Shown: positions 1 to 12,927, numbered from the whole stretch's first letter. The stretch: 45,732 bases of DNA, filler included, from Catajapyx aquilonaris (GCA_000934665.2; 2 parts of 2 records of this genome joined end to end with filler, not necessarily neighbours in it), one strand, 5' to 3'. Numbers and translations are program-made. The notes: generated by a model from the sequence alone, not told the origin.

Positions 1-129
1 TATCCCAAAAAGCGCAGTAAAATGAAAGCAAAGAGTTCCAGGCAAAACAAAACTTCCCCCCTAAAGAGCCGATAGGCTGATAACGGGGTATGAATAAATA
101 AAATAATAATAAAAAATTACTGCCACGCT

Positions 130-381
130 TCCGATTGGCCCCCGTCTATTGTTACCGCGAAGCGTCGATTGGCCCTCGTAATAATAATTAAAATAGTCGG
201 CATATTTCTGCTGCTAAGGCTAAAAACCGACACCAGGGGGTGGTCCTCCTGGAAATTTGGCCACTCTGGGGATCTTTAACGTGCACTCGCGCAATAATTT
301 GCAGTGTTATCCTCATCAGTATGCAACATATGTGGCTGGCATGTACAGCGTGCTACATAACAACTAGGATATAAAATGGCG
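130..381 (+). promoter_or_regulatory. Putative promoter of the Ig/FN3 gene
   Basis: Two inverted CCAAT boxes (GATTGG near 133 and 166) and a YY1-like AAAATGGCG (about 373-381) in a CpG-containing stretch upstream of the ATG at 738. Motif evidence only. Confidence 0.3.
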
Positions 382-495
382 ATGTGGTCGGATGGCAGGG
401 GATGCGGGCTGGTGGGCGAGCTGTAGACGAGAAAGAGGGCGAACCAGGCGGGGCTGAGAGAGAACCAACCGTGGAAAGAGGGAGCAGGGGGTTGG

Positions 496-511
496 GTGTG
501 TGTGTGTGTGC
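496..511. repeat. (GT)n microsatellite
   Basis: Run of gtgtgtgtgtgtgtg seen directly. Confidence 0.85.
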
Positions 512-737
512 GGCGGGCGGAGGTGGCGGCCGAGGACAGAAGAAAGCTCAATAATTCTGTGGGGAGGAGGAGGCCAGGACATACCGATCGTCCTTGTTGT
601 CTTCCCTTGGACTATGTACCGTTTGCATTGAGTTGCCCCTGGACGGACCGGGGGGTGGTCAGAGGGTTTGGTGTGGTCACCTGCGCCCCCCTACCTGCCA
701 CAGCTCATCATCTTTACCATTAGAATATGCGGCTAGG

Positions 738-3657
738 ATGCACCGCAACCACATACTCAGGATTCTAGTTCTAGTGCAGCTGGTCAAGAAAGGTGAGTAC
801 AAAGAATGGTGGGGGTGGAGGAACAGCTGGGTGCCAAGGGGGTTGCATATATGGAGGGGATGGACAGCTTATTCATACAGAATATGCATGTTGTTTATGC
901 AGGGTCATTTATAGGTTGACCCTGGATTTTGATGAATCAGCTGATGGAGTCGGCTACCGGAAACTTTGAGAAAATTACTGACAGTACATGTAGTGACAAA
1001 CAAAAAGTTGGGCTAAGTGTATCCTGATGCGATGCAACTAGAAAAACAGCACCAGTGCAAAGTAGCTGTACATTCTACCGGAGTTGAAATTGCATCCTAG
1101 GGCAATGAATTTGACCCTGTAGATAACCAAGTGGGTGTGCCTACTTTCTTGTAGAGGACAACAATATGGGACTTTTGAAGGGCAGTACTTGTTTTTGCGT
1201 GTGTGTAGGAGGACAGTACCGATAACACAAGTACCTCCTTGGAATTATCTGGGATATCCCAGAATAGCCTATCCGCAGGCTGCTACCCGGCAATACCCAA
1301 ACTACTGAGGGTCATTCACATTGTAATGATAAACATAGGAAAGTTGCCAATTGTCACCGTTGCAGCAGATGGCATGCGTCATTCCTCTTGCACAAGTGTG
1401 AAATGCATTAGAAGCAATGCCAATCCCCATGTCATCCTGGTTTTATGCTTGAAAGCTGGCAAATGTGGTGACTCATCCCTCCTGCCACTATATAGGAAGT
1501 TGCCGGTATTGACCAGGCCGTAGTCCTTACTCATGCTGAGTGCATCATCCGCTAGATGGAAAATGGAATTATCATGTCATCTGATCTGTCAGTTCAGTAA
1601 AAAAGCTTTGGTATAGAAAATGTGAGACGTGCACAGCTCCACCACTCCCATTCAACATCGAGCTTATTTCCTGGTAAACACAGTTGATACGTGGAAGGGG
1701 GCCTAAATGCACTTGGCGAGGAATTTGTTTGCTCATCTCATCAAACTGATTTTTGTACTTCTTCCAGGTGCATCGCAGCTGTCTGGTTCAAGCAGCTCGA
1801 TTCCACTGATTTCCGCAGACGTTGGCAGCAATCTGACCATTCCCTGTGGCCAACATGCCCATTTGCCTGCATTCTCCTCCCCAGCCCCGCCACCTATTTC
1901 CTCCACCGCTCCCTCCCCCCGTCCTCCTCTCATGTCACTTTCCCTGCCCCTACCAATGTGGATACGAAACGGTCGCTCCCTGACCTTTTCCCATCGAACA
2001 CAAATCCAGTCTGATGGAAGTCTGTTCTTCGCTCGCCTTGACCAATCAGATGCTGGCATCTACATATGTGTCCTAGAGTCTGATTCGCCTGATGATGATG
2101 CAAGTGGGACAAGACTGAGTGCAGATGAAGATGATGACATGGAGTCTGATGTTGTGAAGGCCAAGGTTCAAGTGAGAGTGCGAAGTAAGTTAGCAATTGA
2201 GATGTTAGTATGGGGTGTCAAAATGAATGTTCCATTCTTTTTTTCAACTCACCATACCAGCATGACGTACAGTACCTTATGTATATTCCCTATGACAAAA
2301 GCATCAATTATGTATTTGTACTATTGGAGCATAGGTCCCAAGAGCCTGTATTTCAGCCATAATATATTAATGCAATGCATTGGATTGTTCTCAGTCCCAA
2401 ATGAATACTTCGCAAATAGCTATAACTACAAATTTGAAGCCATGTTAAAGGAAACCAACAAGAAATTCAATTATGCATTAGTCACTTGATTCCAGTCCGT
2501 GCATTTACTTACTTTTTGTCCTGTCATTCATTATTACAAGCTCCACCACCTGCACTGAGCAATGTGACAGTACACCCGTCAACTGTGCTGGCCCTAGTGC
2601 TGTGGGAACTGGAGGATGATGGGGGTTACCCTGTAACCAGCTTCCAGGTCAAATACCGCCTAGCAGCAGTGGATGATAAGTCGGACAATGAGGACGACTC
2701 TGGTTGGCATACCGTTCAGCCAGATCACATCAGTCCCTCAGTGGTAATGAGCATTTTATTAACCTGTGCTTAGTGGGCATGCTACATGGAAAGTTAGGTT
2801 TTTACCACTATTCCTTTGTTTATCGTTGCAGAGACAAATAGATGTGTACCATCTCCGTCCGAACTCCTCATATGTGTTTGAGGTATGGGCCAACAACCAG
2901 CTTGGTCAGGGGGAGGTGACCCAGCTGGAAGCCACCACTCAGCACGACCCCACTGAAATTGAGCTGGCACACCATCTACTTCAAGGGGTAGAAGACTTTG
3001 ACACCCGTGTCTGGGTTGTGGCTGTCTCAGTTGTTATGGGAACCTTACTTGTCCTTGGACTCGGAACATGCTATGTGCTCTACCGAGAGTGCAGCGTTGC
3101 AGGTAAAAAGCATCACTGTTACTCAAATTACAGCTGTTATTGGGAGAAAGGTTATGCCTCCAGTATATGAGTATCTGAAAATAATTCTTCTGGAATGCAG
3201 TTGATGGGTGGTCAGACCAAGAATAGAGCTTTGAGAAGGATGTGGCAGTGACAGGTAGCTAGAAATGATGAGAAAATTCTTAAGAATCAATAAGTCTTGT
3301 GGAAACCAGGTCATGCCTCTGTCTTTAGGAGGCCCTTTTTGGAAAAATTGGAGGGCTTTCAGATATCAATAGTTTTTAAAGCCCTGAGTTATGTAACACC
3401 TGCTCAAAAATTACTACAGTATATTGATGAAGCTGTGTCATCGTTGCTTGCTTTCAAGACCATTTCACTGATTTATATTTCTTGATTATTTAGGGTTGCC
3501 TGATGGTCAGGAGACAATTGAGCTAGTGCCACACATAATCCTGAACCCTGGGTATGATGTTGCCCTCTTGGACCACGTGGAGCCAGATGAGAATTCCAAC
3601 GATCAGGCCCCAATGCGAATCAACAACAATACCGTAGTCCAGCCAGTGAGGGTCTGA
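738..3657 (+). CDS. Single-pass Ig-superfamily membrane protein (signal peptide, 1 Ig, 1 FN3, TM, short tail); exons 738-792, 1768-2184, 2541-2743, 2832-3102, 3494-3657
   Basis: All introns are GT-AG with matching phases (1,1,0,1). Ig hallmarks LTIPC...W...DGSL...DAGIYIC; FN3 hallmarks VLW..DDGGYPV..F.VKY and LRPNSSYVFEVWANNQLG; TM VWVVAVSVVMGTLLVLGLGTCYVLY; tail ends ...NPGY...QPVRV*. Confidence 0.88.
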
Positions 3658-3664
3658 TACCGGC

Positions 3665-3755
3665 CTCGTTTCTCCTCTTCCTCTTCCCCGTCCCCATCAT
3701 CCACCTCCTCCTCTTCACCCTCCCCATCTCCACCCCTATCCTCTTCCCCTCCCCA
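3665..3755. repeat. Polypyrimidine low-complexity (CCT/CCA-like) tract at the start of the 3' UTR
   Basis: Seen directly; it accounts for the spurious Glu/Gly-rich antisense ORF 3603-3800. Confidence 0.6.
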
Positions 3756-6700
3756 ATCCTGTGCGGTACGCAGAAGGAGGGTCACCAGATGCAGCCGCAC
3801 TCACCAATGCCGGTAGGACAGCTTTTGTCTGTTGTTAAATTTTTGGGTGTGGCTGTTCACATCCTCAACAACAACAAAGCGATGCTCATTACGATTTATA
3901 TATGCAGGGTGGGAAGCAAAGAGGTTTTTTTGCCACCACCCGTGTTTTAATAGCATTAACAAAAACCGAAGCATTTCAACATGAGTGAGATAACAGTTGT
4001 CACTTTTTTTTTCTTTTGTAAATGTCACCATTTAATTTTGATATATTGATGCAAAAGGAGTATTAATGGCATCCATGACTTGCATGGGGGAGAAAAATCG
4101 TGCCAATAGTTGCAATAATGTTGAGGCCGGGTCGTCATAAAGCCAGTTTTCAGCAGCCGGGGTTACCAAACACAGATTTTTGCCAATGAATCAACTGCAG
4201 TTGAACATTTAAGATGTATTCCCAGAAGTACAAATGCTTCGCAAGTCAAATATGTGCTGAATTATTTATACGAAAATTTGACCATAACTCAGTTTAGACT
4301 GCAATAACTTAATGACCAAGGATTATTTTTGATATCCCATGTGGGAATCAAGTGGAATGACTACAAGTTGACTCACTTAACTGCAGCTTATATTATGGCA
4401 GAAGCAAGGCAGCAATTTTTTTTTGCAAAACAAATGAACGCAAAGAATTTTTTTAAAGGCATGCTAGTCACACAACATAAAACTGCCTAACATTTGCAAC
4501 TTATGGGCAAAGTAAACCAGGTTTTGGCCCAAGTACTTACGGTATATTTATTTGTTGGAGGGAGAGAAAAGTAAGGGTGACTGAGGATTGTAAAGCACCT
4601 GCGGGAGACATGACCAGTCATGTGATTTTTGTACAGATTTTCTAAGCCCGAATTTTCTATATTGTTTCCTTTTTGATACCAATTTGGATGCATTTGTTTC
4701 GTGTAAAGTAACCCATTTATAATTTAAACGACCCGATTTTTTAAGAAAATTTGGTGAATATGTCGTACTTGTGGTGACGTACTGTTGTTATATGCCTTTG
4801 GAAATGAATACAGTATTCATATGTGATTATTTTTTGGGTGTCACCATTTGTTGTGTGAAAATACTAATGCCACAGAGTTTTAAAAAAAAGAAAAGAGTTT
4901 TGCAGACCCGACCCACTTAGGACTAGGAATTACAATCCGATTCAATTGCTTTGAAATGGTTGTATCCTATATTTGCGGTTAGATGTAATGGTTTCAGAGA
5001 TTTTATATAGGGCATTGCGTGACGTCAGTGGTGCCTATTCACAGCATTCATACATTGCAATATTTGATGCATGCCGTAATTCTTTTGAGCATCTGCAGAA
5101 GCTTCAGAAAATTCTCTCAAGACACTAACTGAAGTCACAAAATGTCATCCATATCGTCAGTTTTTGTTTATAATAAAAATGGAAGTAATGAACGGAAAGG
5201 TTGGAGATGAAAATTCTGTCATTCGCCTCTCATGATTCGTTTTGATTGCTTGTTACTGTGAATTTGCAAGTGCAGCAGAGAACTCTGAATGACAGGGTTT
5301 CCTTCCGATTTCACAAACCCAAGGATACTTAAATATGTTTAGTGACAATAACAGTGACATAATGATCACAAAGGCAAAGGAAAAAAATGACAGGGCAATC
5401 CAGGTTGTTTTCCAAGAGAAAAATAGGGAAAAGTGGTATTTTGAGTAGCAAAGGGGAAAAAAGTCAATATTTTGAGTGCAGTGTTACTTCATTCTATCAT
5501 TAGTGTTGTGTTATTTCCCTTCATTTTTGTATCTACATGCTCAAAGTAAATGGGGAAAAAAAATTTGAGTCATAGTTTTTCCTTAAAAATGGCCTTTTTG
5601 GGAGTGAGATGACTAACATTCCTGATGAAAGTTCAGAGCTTTTTTTGGGTTGTGATCGTGGGATAGACTATGCCAAAAAATACATAGCTAATCTAGGTGC
5701 CAGGATCAGAGCAGGAAAAAACGTTATCCAGAAATAGTTTGGGCAATAGCGTGTTATCATAGTTGGCCACTAGTGCGAGTCTACCCAATGAAAACGGGAC
5801 GAGAACAATTCAACGAAATTTTATGTTTTTTGGAGGGTTCTTTTCCCCTGTGTGTCTTTTTTGGTGTAACAAATAGATACAATGGTCTACTCCAGGAGGA
5901 AAAAATTAACGTGCCTTGCATATAATTATCTAGAGTGAGTTTATTAAAGACGAGCATGCAGTTTTAGTTACTAGTCCAACAGTGGTGATGACTTATTCTG
6001 AGTTAACTTAGTACGTTACTGTCAAAAGAATTGCAATGTTTAGAATACTCGAAACATCAGAAATAATTAGGCCCCGAATCTGTGCTTAATTATCCGTCAC
6101 TGTATAAATGCAAAAAAATTCCAAATGCCTGTTATTTCTGGTGGCAGCAATCCTTTATTGAGTGCGATAACAGGATGATTTTAGGGTCCAGTTTTCAGCA
6201 TAGATGAATACTTAGATGAATGAAAACAAATATAGTGAAGTGAATAAGTGCTTGTGTCAGTTTAGTGTTCATCAGAAATTCTGGAGAAAAGTATGGGAGG
6301 AAAAAAAAAAGAGAGAGAGAAGCTTGTATGTGTTCATCTTTTCACTTCCGTGTTCACTTCTAGAATCTCATCGCTAAAAGTTATTTTCTAATTGTTCATT
6401 TTTCTTCCTCACTTGGCTTATTTTTTACTTTCCAACTGCAAAGATGACATGCATTCTCACTAGCAAAATATGCAAAATATTTGGCTTCCAAGCTCTTAAT
6501 TTTCTCCATCAATGGCTAACCACTTCAAAAATCATAAGCTTCACAACATATCTGCGTGCAACCTAAGCAACGTTTTTGCGATTTTGAAACCTTACTATTC
6601 ACGCCTCTTCATCTAAACCCTATCCTGAAACCATGCTATTCTGTTTTGGTGGCCTGATGAGAAAATGTCGAGGACTGTACGCGACTATCAACAACACTTG

Positions 6701-8053
6701 AGTGGGAAAGAAATCGTCATTTTTGTATTTGTGTACACTGTATGTATATATATAAAAAAAAGACATGTGTTGTACAGCTTCATAACAATACAAATATTTG
6801 TATGAAACCCACATGGTGCATTTTTAAATCCATAAGTTCACAAGTGCACTGCGAAACAGTTTTATTTTCAGCATGATCTGACAACACCTTTTTAAAAAGA
6901 GTATGAAATAGGAAGCGAAGACATGGCAATAAAATGTAAGTACGGTACTATCTATTTGGTATTAACCTTTGGTTCAACTCCCAGATGTGCATGAATCTGA
7001 AGAGTGAAGTCTTGACTAGATTAACACACACAATCCATTTACCTTACAGTAAGAGAAGTGGTACACATTGCTACACAATGGCATGTTAAGTGAAACTTGG
7101 ATACAGTTAAGAATAATACACATCCTAAATGCTGTGCGTATCACATAAGCTACTCATTTTATGGCACCTACTTGGCTGTATAGTATGTAACAGAAATCCA
7201 TTTGCAGCTGTTGCAGACAGTGTATATAAAATGAAAATAATAGAATTTCACTGTAATTGTAATTTTCAGTTTAACTATAATTGTTAACTGCATCCTAAGG
7301 AGCTGCAGAATTTCCAAGGCTCATGACAGCTGCTGTCAAGGACACTAGCTACGAGTACTGCACTTTGCTACTTTTAGGAATAGAGCTTTAAAATACTGTA
7401 ATGTAGGCGGAGGAAACGCCTCTCTGCCAACACTTTCAGTGGCCAAGCCAACAGGTGCCGCTTTCCCCTCAAAAATGCTATCATAATATGAAACGCTCCA
7501 CGCAAGGACTCTGACTATGACTACTCTAACTTAGGGTGAAATCCTGGGAACACTAAGAGTGGGTGGGGCTCCTGCATTTCCTTCTCTACCATGTTTATGG
7601 TAGAAATGCAACTGAAGGAGCTTTGAAATCCCTAGATTTCCCCTGAACTGAAAAAGCTACTCGGAAAAGCAAGCATGGCTTGGCTTATAAATGGTATTGT
7701 TGGTGCATGGCATAGGTCTAAGATATATTTTAGCCTTAAGTCATCACACTAACTACACATATTGGTGGGTTAGGTCCATTTCAATTACAAAAGGCACAGT
7801 ACTTCAGTACTGCAAGATGCCAAAGTCAAAATATACATATGTAAAGTGTTGACCAGAACACACTATGTACAAAATAGGCTGCCTTGGGCTGTTCTTACAA
7901 TGTAATAAATACCATAATAAATTAATTCTACCAGACCTACTCATACACAAACGCAGACACTGCACTTAACCCGAGTTATACAATTTACTCACCCTCTTTT
8001 GTGACATCCATGTTTCCTGTTTTTAAATACTTTTGTAAAACCTCTTGCCGAAC

Positions 8054-9639
8054 TCATGTGTCATCCGGCGGCTCCGTTTTGATCTTGACTTCCACCTGGC
8101 TGAGCAGGTGAGTGTAATCCTCCGTGTCCACCTCCTTCTTGATCACCACTTCCTCTCGAGGCTCGGTTTTAACTGCACTCAAATCGGGAATTTGCAATCG
8201 GCTTGAGATCTTGCTCCAGCGATCCTAACAACACACAAGCAGACAAGGAGTTAGTCTATTTCTGTGAGGTAACCTTGGAGGCATGTGTCCAGACACATAT
8301 GGCCCCTCCATGTGTTTATGTTCTTGACTCTATCAAAGGAAGCAGATGGGCCATGTTTGGAGAAAAGTGATGGGGTGTGTTCACTAGTTATAAATACTTA
8401 TGGTCTTTACCAACAACCAAGATTGCAGAGGATGTTTAAGGTATGAGATCACCACAGGAACTAGCTCAGTTAATTTTTCATAATTTATGACAAATGACCT
8501 CAATACTGTACCTTTATGTTGCAATGGAACAGGTTAGCATTGCCCTTATCCCTCTGTATGGTGCTTAGCAGGTCTTTGCAGTTGCAGTTTTTGCAGCATG
8601 ACCAGCAGGCCCTCCGAGGTTTATTTTTCCTGGGTGACTCTCTCCGATGGAAGTTCTTCATGTGCTTGTGGTAATCATCTTCATTGATGTAGATGCAGGA
8701 GCACTCATCGCAACGCAGGCAATCCTCCATTCGGACTCGCGTCAAGCCAACCTTCTTGCCTGTACAAATTGCCGTGAATAATGACGATTGTGTAACTTTC
8801 TAGCTTTTCAACATAACTAAGAAGGAAATCTTAGGTCGGGAGTGACTAATCAGATGCAAGGCAGATTATATTGGACCAAGTGATGAATATTAAAAGTTTG
8901 CACAGATTATTCAAATTAGAGGCACCCAAATTATCTCACTCAGCAGGTCCAAGTTATTACTGATTCAACCAGAGAAGAGTACTTTTGGCTTAATTGAGAC
9001 ATCATTACTATTCTGTTTGAAGTAATAATTATCTTTATAATTAATACGTAGTAGCATATGATGTTACTGACCTGGGCTGAGACTAAGACTGGAAACCACA
9101 GCCTGAGGTTTGACTTGGTCTTTTGGTTCATCATGCTTTCTCTGTTCCCCTCCTGCGACATCGTTCCCAGCGAGCGACTCATGTATTTTGCGGTGCAGCT
9201 CTAGGACCTCTCTCTGTCCAAACTGCTTCCCACAGTGGCTGCATGATAATTCTCCTGGAATCCCAATCAATTCAGCATGGATGAGAGCCAGTCATTTTCA
9301 CACACACGTTAGGAGACATGCTTAATTTTGATTATTTAGCGTTACACCTGTATGGGATTATTTCACTTGATTTTGCTTTTATGTCAAGGCGGTATTTAAA
9401 TTTCAAAATTCATCATCATCACGACGACGGGATGACGGAAGCCACAAGCTAACCCAAAATTTCGAAATTACACCACATGAATTTAATCACAATGCTACAA
9501 GTGTCTTACCAGCAAGTTCATGGGCTTCCTTCCGGTGCTGCATGAGCCTCACCCTGGATCGAAAGGACCTATGGCAGACCTCACAGGTAGGTATGACTAG
9601 ATTTGAAGCGTTTGGTTCCGTTCTCTTGTGAATTGCCAT
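8054..9639 (-). CDS. C2H2 zinc-finger protein with three dispersed fingers; exons 9639-9510, 9254-9072, 8759-8512, 8224-8054
   Basis: Fingers CEVC..F.....L.QHRKEAH, CSHC..F.....L.LHRKIH and CDEC...HMKNFH. Splice phases 1,1,0 are consistent; there is an in-frame stop upstream of the ATG at 9639; the protein ends IKTEPPDDT*. Confidence 0.82.
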
Positions 9640-11474
9640 TCCCAAGGTTGCTGACAATCAGCCTTCCTGCCTGTGAAACAGTATGATCAATTTTTCTGGC
9701 TTGTAAACATTGCTTATCAGACTACCATATGGGCGCATATGGGGTGTTTCCTGCATTCAGCTGCCTTGATTTAAGAACAAATTGATCCATATAACACACT
9801 TGGTATTTAGCCATGACAACACTGACACACCTCATAGTGGAACCTGACCCCTCACTAAACAAAAGAGCACAAACCTTTCACTAGTACAAGGTGCAATTCG
9901 CGATGGCGAATGCTCACTGTCAAATAGGGGCACGCACCTATCAAACATAGCCAAGGCTGGTGGGCCAAATCCACTCCCTAGGATCTATTTCTGTCCCGCC
10001 CGTGGGTTCTGGTACACTCTTCCTCTGGCACGAGTTCCCAACCCACTGGCTACTGGATAGGAAATTGTTAGGAGATAAGGGGAGAGGGGACAAAAGGGAA
10101 AGAAGGGGGAACCCAACCGGCTGTTGCCTGCTGTCAACCCCTCGCATGGGGCCCCTACAAAAAAAAAATGACCCCCTGGATCGAATGGGGCACGCGACTC
10201 AGCCACATTAATCGATATATGAAACTGACAATACCAAGAACTTGGCTGTGGATATTTCGAGCGCTTGGCTATATCGGGTTACCCAGAGTCTTCCTACCCC
10301 CGGGAGCTGTCCGCATGTGGCACACATCCCGACCAAACCACATGTTTTTTTCGAGGGGGGTAGGGCCATTTGCACAACCAAAAAGCGTGGCATCTCGAAA
10401 TCGGACATTCTCTCCCCCTACTTCCGACGATGCAGCTGCCTGTTGGTAGCACCTGGTCGGAACCGGCATATGGCACACAAAGAATTGGAGGGGGTGTTTA
10501 AAGGCAGATAGCACCTTGCCTTTTAAAAACACTAACGTTGTTGTCAAATTGGCCTGGGAGATATGAACTCGCCTGTAATGAGGTTCAAAGTTTGGAAATC
10601 TCAGAAATGTTGTTCCTGGTATGTTGGGTTCCATGGGATTTACTAGTACGTAACCTCCATCACTCGTCATCTGCTTGTGCAATTATTATGGCCACAAAGA
10701 TAGTAAAAATACCCACAAGCTGCAACAGCACAATTTTTTTTTTAAACTCTACTTTAATGGTCTCGTGACTGGCAGCTGATTTCGTTGGAGGGTATGCTTT
10801 CTGCGTGTCACTTAACTTGATATTATCTGCAGGAAGAGTCACTACTTATTTCTTGGAAGAGTGTAGTATTCTCACACTGCAGTGCTCCTTGACGTTTCAT
10901 ATTCCCCCCCCCCNCCCCCCCCCCCCCAGAACACACACACACAAAGCTTTTACATGATAACAGGTACATTGAAACCTGTATGTTACATACTGATGGTTCC
11001 AAGGAAAATGTCCAACATATTAGGATATCGACCTCTCAGGTTTCATAATGCAGTACAGTAATGTACGAGTAAGTACTTGACAGTAATCATCCAGGGCATG
11101 TTTTCTTATATTCGGTATAGCAGCGCACAGTGTATACATGCAATTTCTGAAACCGGCCTACAGTTAAGTTCATAAATCCGTAACAGGTAATTGGTTTAAT
11201 CAGAGAGATTTCAATTTTCTTTTGGACAGCAAAAATGTCGTCAGTAAGAGTGGTATGCCCAAGACAGTGCCTTCATCTTCTGATGATTTACTTTGTGTAT
11301 ACTGCAGCACCTCATCTGCATTGCAAATTCATCCTCCGTGGATATTGTCATTCCGTTGACAATGTCACTTGAAGACATGAAGATATGCTTCACAAATTAT
11401 GTATGCAGAGTTCAGGATGGCTCAGTTTTTAGAAAAAAATCGAGAATACATGTAAAGTAAATGTGTAAATTATA

Positions 11475-11620
11475 CTGCACTTGTCCAACTTAAGAGAGAA
11501 AAAGTGTCCAACTTCGAAGATAGACAGGTGTCCAACTTAGCAACATTACAGGACATAGGCTTTTTGATGGTTACAAAAATAATGTCAAACATAGGGAGGT
11601 GGCCAACTTATTAAGAGGAA
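11475..11620. repeat. Short dispersed repeats (GTGTCCAACTT-like, 4 copies), probable subterminal repeats of a decayed DNA transposon
   Basis: tgtccaacttaagagag, gtgtccaacttcg, gtgtccaacttag and gtggccaacttat within about 140 bp. Confidence 0.45.
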
Positions 11621-12005
11621 ATCCACTCCCCAGCAGCCATAAGAAGTGGTGTCAGTTGGCATTTTATTTCATGTCATTATGCGCTTGCTAATTCCAGTAA
11701 CATCATGAAATTATTTCGGAGTGCTCTTAAATGTAGCTACCTGGATTCGAGTTACTTAATTGTAAAAATTTACAAAGCAAAGTATTGAAAATAAATCGGG
11801 AAGTTAGGTGTCGAGAGTGTATTTTTCCATTTCATCATGATAATGATGAGTGAAGTATGTCCTTCAAAAATGTGCATCCATGTGTTGTGATGGTGTGCAT
11901 GGCTTGACATAGAAATTTTAACAATTAGTGATACATTTTGGCTATTGAATAATTTAATATCCAAAATGTTTTTAATACATTTTGGCTATTAAATTATTTA
12001 GTTTT

Positions 12006-12347
12006 GGGGAAGTGTAGATGGCCGAGATGGTAACGTCTCGGCTTGCTGAGTGAAAGCCCCCAGGTTCGATCCCCGCCTGGGGAACTTTCCTTTCACCTGC
12101 GTCAGGAGGGTCCCTGACCTGCACCAAGGAGGTGTCTGGCAACCTAACCTCCTGGGGAACAGCACATGACCCCTTTACCGACATTGCACTTGCACAAATG
12201 TTCCCTCCCCAAAAATGCCTATCCCTACCCTACATCCTTGACTCCTTGCACCGGTGAATGAAGTTAATGTAGGAAAATGGAGTGAAATGGTGGTATTCCA
12301 CCCCCCTAAAAAGGCTCAGCCTTATCACTAGGTAACGTTAAAAAAAA
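12006..12347 (+). mobile_element. tRNA-derived SINE, copy 1
   Basis: Pol III A box TGGCCGAGATGG and B box GGTTCGATCCC at tRNA spacing, a non-tRNA body of about 250 bp and an A-rich tail; collinear with copy 2. Confidence 0.8.
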
Positions 12348-12348
12348 G

Positions 12349-12670
12349 TGTTTTTTATTGGGTGTGCAATTGGGGGTGGCACACCGCCATCAGTTTTCTG
12401 ATTTATTAACTTCAATCTCCAGTGCAAGGAATCAAGGACATGGGTAGGGATAGTGATTTTTAGGGAGGGGACACAAGTGCAATGTCGTTAAATGGGGCAT
12501 GTGCAGTCCCCCAGGTTAGGTTAGGTTACCAGACACCTCCCAAGACGAGGGTTAGAGACCCCTCCTGTGCTCCTGACGCAGGCAAAATGAAAATCCCAGG
12601 TGGGGATCGAACCCAGGACCTCTCGCTGAGCAAGCCGAACTGTTGCCGGCTCGGCCATCACGCCTCCCCA
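12349..12670 (-). mobile_element. tRNA-derived SINE, copy 2 (inverted)
   Basis: Reverse strand reads GATGGCCGAG...CTTGCT...GGTTCGATCCC and shares body blocks (CCTGCGTCAGGAG, GGAGGTGTCTGG.AACCTAACCT, GACATTGCACTTG, TATCCCTACCC, TGAAGTTAAT) with copy 1. Confidence 0.8.
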
Positions 12671-12927
12671 ACTTGGGTGGAATCTCTGCTAGATTAATCC
12701 ACCTGGAGGATAACCATACATCAGACATTGCACTGGCACACCTGCACCTCCCCTTCCACTTACTGAGCAATTCAAAAGTCCAACATGTATACTATTGTAT
12801 AATAAAAGTCCATGCTACGTACCTCGCAAGGAAGTTAAGCACTACCCAGATGGCTGCTGACATATGTAGGAATAAATATTCACTCGTAATATTGGTGAGA
12901 GAAGCAACTAACCTTCGTTCTGCATAA

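Noticed and set aside
10660..10662. TGA as selenocysteine after the signal-like peptide
   Set aside because: No selenoprotein motif or recognisable SECIS, and the read-through frame soon stops.
12012..12085. Functional tRNA-Ser(GCT) gene
   Set aside because: Acceptor and anticodon stems pair poorly, the long serine variable arm is absent, and it is attached to a body shared with a second copy, so it is a SINE head.
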